Virus record (IMG/VR): IMGVR_UViG_3300023237_000003
Direction: 5' to 3' (one strand)
DNA: 32,633 bases
From: a virus
The notes below the pieces were generated by a model, which saw nothing but the letters and a program-made list of their open reading frames with translations, did no database searches and had not been told where the DNA came from. Shown in pieces: positions 28,990-32,633 of this stretch. Both the position numbers and the translations under genes were made by a program. How positions within the stretch are numbered: the stretch's first letter is position 1; every line of letters begins with the position of its first letter.

Positions 28990-30930
28990 ATGCTTGAATC
29001 AAACGAAGAACAATTTGGCATAGAAGAGACGCTTGAGTCTTGGGTTATGTCAAAATGTCGTGATTGGCGTGACCACTACGAGACTAACTACGAGCAGAAG
29101 TTCGATGAATACTACCGTCTATGGCGTGGTATCTACGCTAGCGAAGACCGTAACCGCGAGTCAGAGCGATCACAGATCATCTCCCCTGCCCTTCAACAGG
29201 CTGTAGAGTCATCGGTCGCAGAGATTGAAGAAGCTACATTTGGTCGTGGTCGGTTTTTTGACATGAAGGACGATATCTCTGACCAAGAAACGCAAGACGT
29301 AGTCTACCTTCGCGAAAAACTCTTAGAAGATTTTAAGGCTAACAAGATTCGCAAGGGTGTGGCTGAGTGTCTTATCAACGCAGCCGTCTTTGGCACAGGC
29401 ATAGCGGAGATTGTCCTAGAAGAAGTCAAAGAGATGAAGCCTGCCTCCCAACCTATTATGGATGGTCAGCTACAAGCTATAGGTGTGAACATCTCAGACC
29501 GCACAGTCGTTAAATTACGACCTGTTTTACCTCAAAACTTCTTGATTGACCCCGTTGCTGTGGACGTAGACAGCGCATTAGGCGTAGCCATTGATGAATT
29601 TGTTTCACCACACGCTATAGAACAACTCCAAGAGAAGGGTGTGTACAAGGATGTGCCGTTTAACTTCGCGTATCCTGATACAGACTTAGATCCTGACCAC
29701 GAACTTACCACGCAACCGACCGATAAGACTCGTTTGACCAAGTATTACGGACTTGTTCCACGCTATTTACTTGAAAATGACGATGAATACGAAGAGGTTG
29801 AGGAGCTAGTAGACAGCGAGGAAGAAAAAGGCTTCTATGTTGAGGCAATCGTAGTCATAGCTAACGGTGGTACTCTGCTAAAGGCGGAGAAGAACCCGTA
29901 CATGATGCAAGATCGCCCAGTTGTGGCGTTTCCTTGGGACATCGTACCCTCTAGGTTCTGGGGTCGTGGTGTATGTGAGAAAGGTTACAACTCACAGAAG
30001 GCATTAGACGCAGAATTAAGGGCTAGAATCGATGCACTGGCGTTAACAGTCCACCCTATGATGGCTATGGACGCTACACGCCTACCTCGCGGGGCTAAAC
30101 CTGAAGTGAGACCGGGCAAAATCATTCTTACCAATGGTAATCCTTCTGAAGTGTTACAACCATTTAACTTTGGCCAGGTATCTCAGATTACCTTCGCGCA
30201 AGCAGGTGAGCTACAGAGAATGGTACAGACTGCCACAGGAGCAATAGACTCTGCTGGCGTTGGCGGTTCAATTAACGGCGAAGCAACAGCCGCAGGGATT
30301 TCAATGTCCCTGGGCGCTGTGATTAAACGCCACAAACGAACACTGATTAACTTCCAAGAGTCATTCTTGATACCATTCGTTACTAAAGCTGCCCATAGGT
30401 ATATGCAGTTTGAGCCTGAGTTGTATCCGGTATCGGATTATAAGTTTGAGGTCACCTCATCTCTTGGCATCATCGCCAGAGAGTATGAGGTCACACAGTT
30501 GGTTCAGCTTCTACAGACTATGTCTCCTGAGTCTCCGCTATATCCTGCGTTGATTCAGTCAATCATAGATAACATGAACCTGAGCAACCGCGAGCAGTTA
30601 ATACAAACTCTACAAGAAGCAGGACAGCCTTCGCCTGAAGCACAAGAAGCACAACAAGCTGCACAGCAAGCGCAGATGGAGTTCCAACAGTCGCAGACTA
30701 ACGCACTGAACGGACAAGGCGCTGAGTCTCAAGCAAGAGCTGCGAAGATTGCAGCAGAAACCAAGGCTATCCCTGTTGAGCTAGAGATTGATCAGATTAA
30801 AGCTGTGACATCTAACCTCGCGGTAGGTGATGCGGACGACAAAGAGTTTGAACGCAGACTTAAGATCGCTGATGCTCAGCTCAAAGAAAAGAAGCTAAAC
30901 CTTGATACAGTTAAGGCGCTGCCGCAATGA
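28990..30930 (+). CDS. Portal protein
   Basis: 646 aa, immediately after TerL, with a Gln/Ala/Glu-rich helical C-terminal tail. The call rests on position and size. Confidence 0.75.
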   Translation: MLESNEEQFGIEETLESWVMSKCRDWRDHYETNYEQKFDEYYRLWRGIYASEDRNRESERSQIISPALQQAVESSVAEIEEATFGRGRFFDMKDDISDQETQDVVYLREKLLEDFKANKIRKGVAECLINAAVFGTGIAEIVLEEVKEMKPASQPIMDGQLQAIGVNISDRTVVKLRPVLPQNFLIDPVAVDVDSALGVAIDEFVSPHAIEQLQEKGVYKDVPFNFAYPDTDLDPDHELTTQPTDKTRLTKYYGLVPRYLLENDDEYEEVEELVDSEEEKGFYVEAIVVIANGGTLLKAEKNPYMMQDRPVVAFPWDIVPSRFWGRGVCEKGYNSQKALDAELRARIDALALTVHPMMAMDATRLPRGAKPEVRPGKIILTNGNPSEVLQPFNFGQVSQITFAQAGELQRMVQTATGAIDSAGVGGSINGEATAAGISMSLGAVIKRHKRTLINFQESFLIPFVTKAAHRYMQFEPELYPVSDYKFEVTSSLGIIAREYEVTQLVQLLQTMSPESPLYPALIQSIIDNMNLSNREQLIQTLQEAGQPSPEAQEAQQAAQQAQMEFQQSQTNALNGQGAESQARAAKIAAETKAIPVELEIDQIKAVTSNLAVGDADDKEFERRLKIADAQLKEKKLNLDTVKALPQ

Positions 30931-31088
30931 TTACCCAACGCGAACTTGAGGACGTAGTGACACAAGTAAACGTCGTCTTAGACCAAATGGACAAGCGGCT
31001 TCAGTCTTTAGAGAAGCAACACGAGATCCTTCTTCACGAGGTTAAAGCCTTCGTGCAAGCAAAGCCAAAGGCTAAGAAGAATGGATAA
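30927..31088 (+). CDS. 53-aa coiled-coil peptide missing from the ORF track
   Basis: Its ATG overlaps the portal TGA (ATGA). Translation MITQRELEDVVTQVNVVLDQMDKRLQSLEKQHEILLHEVKAFVQAKPKAKKNG. Confidence 0.4.
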   Translation: MITQRELEDVVTQVNVVLDQMDKRLQSLEKQHEILLHEVKAFVQAKPKAKKNG

Positions 31089-31323
31089 AGAAACAGAAAA
31101 ATATTATGACGACCGTGCGGATATGTTCTTAACGCAAGGTTGGAAGGATTTAATTAATGATCTAACTGCTGATGCGGCTTACATTAATTCAGTAGAGGAT
31201 GCGAAAGATGTTAATGATTTATTCTTTCGCAAAGGCCAGTTAAGCGTACTGGCTGACATGCTCAATCTAGAATCTGCAATGAACCATGTACAAGAGGATA
31301 GCAGTGATGTTGATAATTTTTGA
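31081..31323 (+). CDS. Small acidic protein of the head module, function unknown
   Basis: 80 aa, Asp/Glu-rich, between the portal and scaffold genes. Confidence 0.55.
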   Translation: MDKETEKYYDDRADMFLTQGWKDLINDLTADAAYINSVEDAKDVNDLFFRKGQLSVLADMLNLESAMNHVQEDSSDVDNF

Positions 31324-31552
31324 TTTCCAATGCGAGCAAGGCCATGTCCATGAGGCAATGGTTAATCGCAACAAGGTAACCGAAGGTTATAGGCGTGACT
31401 GTCCTGAGTGCGGTGGCTCTAGTAGTAAGATGATCTCACCTGTTAAGTCGATACTTGACCCCATCTCCGGTTCTTATCCGGGAGCTACTATGAAATGGGC
31501 TAAGGATAGACAGGCGAAGATTAAACACGAACGCAAGGTAGCCGAATCATAA
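31307..31552 (+). CDS. Zinc-ribbon protein (FmdB-like CxxGH...CPxCG)
   Basis: Starting at ATG 31307: MLIIFDFQCEQGHVHEAMV..DCPECGGSSSKMIS. Four-ligand zinc ribbon. The track start at 31286 adds 7 residues. Confidence 0.55.
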   Translation: MLIIFDFQCEQGHVHEAMVNRNKVTEGYRRDCPECGGSSSKMISPVKSILDPISGSYPGATMKWAKDRQAKIKHERKVAES

Positions 31553-31604
31553 GTCCTTCGGGGTAGCTTAGAGTTGGTCTTGTCTCCATAGGAGTTTAAT
31601 AATA

Positions 31605-32369
31605 GTGGCACAACTTATTGACGAAGTAACGAGCGAGGTAGATGAAGATTTACAACAGGAAGCGGTCTCGGAAGAGGTAGCCGTAGCTCCCCCACAGGAC
31701 GACACCCCAGAGCATTATCGCGGGAAGACTCCGTCTGAGCTGATTAAGATGCATCAAGAGGCAGAGTCTCGCATTGGTCAGCAAGGACAGGAAGTAGGTC
31801 AGCTAAGAAAAGTTGTAGATGATTTCATTCTTAATCAGAGCAAAGTCAACGAACCGGAACAGGCTGAGGAAGTAGATTTCTTTGCTGAACCCGACAAGGC
31901 TGTTGATAACAAAATTGCAAACCATCCAACCATTAAACAGTTGGAGCAATTAGGTAATCAAATGCGACAAAGTCAGACTCTCTCTGCGTTACAGCAGAGG
32001 CATCCTGACATTAAAGAGATTGCTATGGACGCCAACTTTCAGAAGTGGGTGGTCGGCAGCAAGATCCGTTCAGAGTTATACGAGCGAGCAAACAACAAGT
32101 ACGACTATGATGCGGCAGATGAATTGTTTTCTAGTTGGAAATCAACTCAAGACGTTGCACAACAAGCCGTAAGTGTTGAACGCAAAGAACGTAAACAAAC
32201 TCTAAACGCAGCCTCGACAGGTGGCGCTAATGGAAGCTCAGAAGCTCCAAGCAGAAAGATTTACAGACGAAGCGACATTATTGAACTAATGCGAACCAAC
32301 CCGCAACGCTATCAAACGATGTCTGATGAGATCATGAGAGCGTATCAGGAAGGTCGCGTAAAAAGCTAA
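31605..32369 (+). CDS. Scaffolding protein (candidate)
   Basis: 254 aa, acidic and helical, located between the portal and capsid genes. GTG start with AGGAG 10 nt upstream. Confidence 0.6.
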   Translation: MAQLIDEVTSEVDEDLQQEAVSEEVAVAPPQDDTPEHYRGKTPSELIKMHQEAESRIGQQGQEVGQLRKVVDDFILNQSKVNEPEQAEEVDFFAEPDKAVDNKIANHPTIKQLEQLGNQMRQSQTLSALQQRHPDIKEIAMDANFQKWVVGSKIRSELYERANNKYDYDAADELFSSWKSTQDVAQQAVSVERKERKQTLNAASTGGANGSSEAPSRKIYRRSDIIELMRTNPQRYQTMSDEIMRAYQEGRVKS

Positions 32370-32385
32370 CCTTTGAGAGATTATT

Positions 32386-32633
32386 ATGACTACTTCAACC
32401 TATCCAAATATGGGTGGTGCAGTAACTAACACTACTGCGGCTACATTTATTCCAGAAATCTGGAGCGACGAGATTCGCGCAGCATATGAGAAGAACCTCA
32501 TCCTCGCGAACCTAGTAAAGAAAATGGGTATGACAGGCAAGAAGGGTGACATCATCCATATTCCTGCTCCTATCCGTGGCGATGCTCATGTTAAATCATC
32601 AGCAACTGCTGTCACTATTCAGAGCAACACTGA
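32386..32633 (+). CDS. Major capsid protein, 5' part (continues at window position 1)
   Basis: ATG 32386 with GAGAG upstream. The frame is continuous with 3..833 through the 127-bp terminal overlap. Confidence 0.85.
   Translation, partial: MTTSTYPNMGGAVTNTTAATFIPEIWSDEIRAAYEKNLILANLVKKMGMTGKKGDIIHIPAPIRGDAHVKSSATAVTIQSNT
32507..32633. repeat. Exact 127-bp duplicate of window positions 1-127 (circular-assembly overlap)
   Basis: Base-by-base identity read from the sequence (cgaacctagtaaagaaaatggg...cagagcaacactga at both ends). Confidence 0.95.

Noticed and set aside
31553-31604. TTGGTC..TTTAAT promoter-like pair upstream of the scaffold gene, with the same hexamers as the 26666 promoter
   Set aside because: The spacer is only 15 nt and the putative -10 lies about 5 nt upstream of the GTG start. 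A transcript from here would lack the AGGAG RBS, which lies in the spacer.
32507-32633. The 127-bp terminal duplication as a biological direct terminal repeat
   Set aside because: It falls in the middle of the capsid reading frame, which continues seamlessly across the junction. Its length matches a common assembler k-mer. An assembly overlap of a circular or circularly permuted contig is the simpler reading.

Overview
The window is a complete, circularly closed genome of about 32.5 kb from a tailed dsDNA phage. Positions 1-127 are identical to 32507-32633, and the major capsid gene runs across that junction. The virion module looks podovirus-like, with a T7 gp11-like adaptor, a nozzle-like protein and a run of internal-core-type proteins. 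I found no RNA polymerase, DNA polymerase, integrase, CI-type repressor, tRNA or CRISPR array.

The genome has two divergent arms that start at a repeat-dense ~470-bp control region (26263-26730).
- The rightward late arm runs from 26731 across the junction to 16511. It encodes an AT-hook TerS-like protein, a GH24 lysozyme, two tiny basic peptides, TerL, portal, small proteins, scaffold, capsid, a small basic protein, two tail fibers with a chaperone, an HTH-metallophosphoesterase fusion, a membrane-protein/holin cassette, adaptor, nozzle and internal proteins.
- The leftward early arm runs from 26175 down to 16508. It encodes a Cys-rich GP88-like protein and small ORFans, then a replication module (orphan primase-type zinc finger, organizer, DnaB/gp4-like helicase). 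A recombination module follows (ERF, YqaJ exonuclease, a mini-SSB ending in DIPF), then RHH and Cro-like regulators. The arm ends with NinB-like and NinG proteins, a SleB-type hydrolase, a low-GC HNH endonuclease and a DUF3310 protein.

The most interesting unexplained signals are:
- three loci of short repeats in 10-11-bp phase: a lambda-ori-like block inside the organizer gene (23206-23350), ten ACCCTAT units (24527-24636), and several repeat families plus a G-quadruplex motif in the control region;
- a GATAGA cluster reaching into the TerS-like gene, a candidate pac site;
- the first early gene, which carries two Cys clusters, one of them CX3CX2C;
- the HTH-metallophosphoesterase fusion;
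- low-GC mosaic blocks;
- genome-wide over-representation of CTCGCG.

All functional calls rest on motifs recognised by eye. No searches were run.
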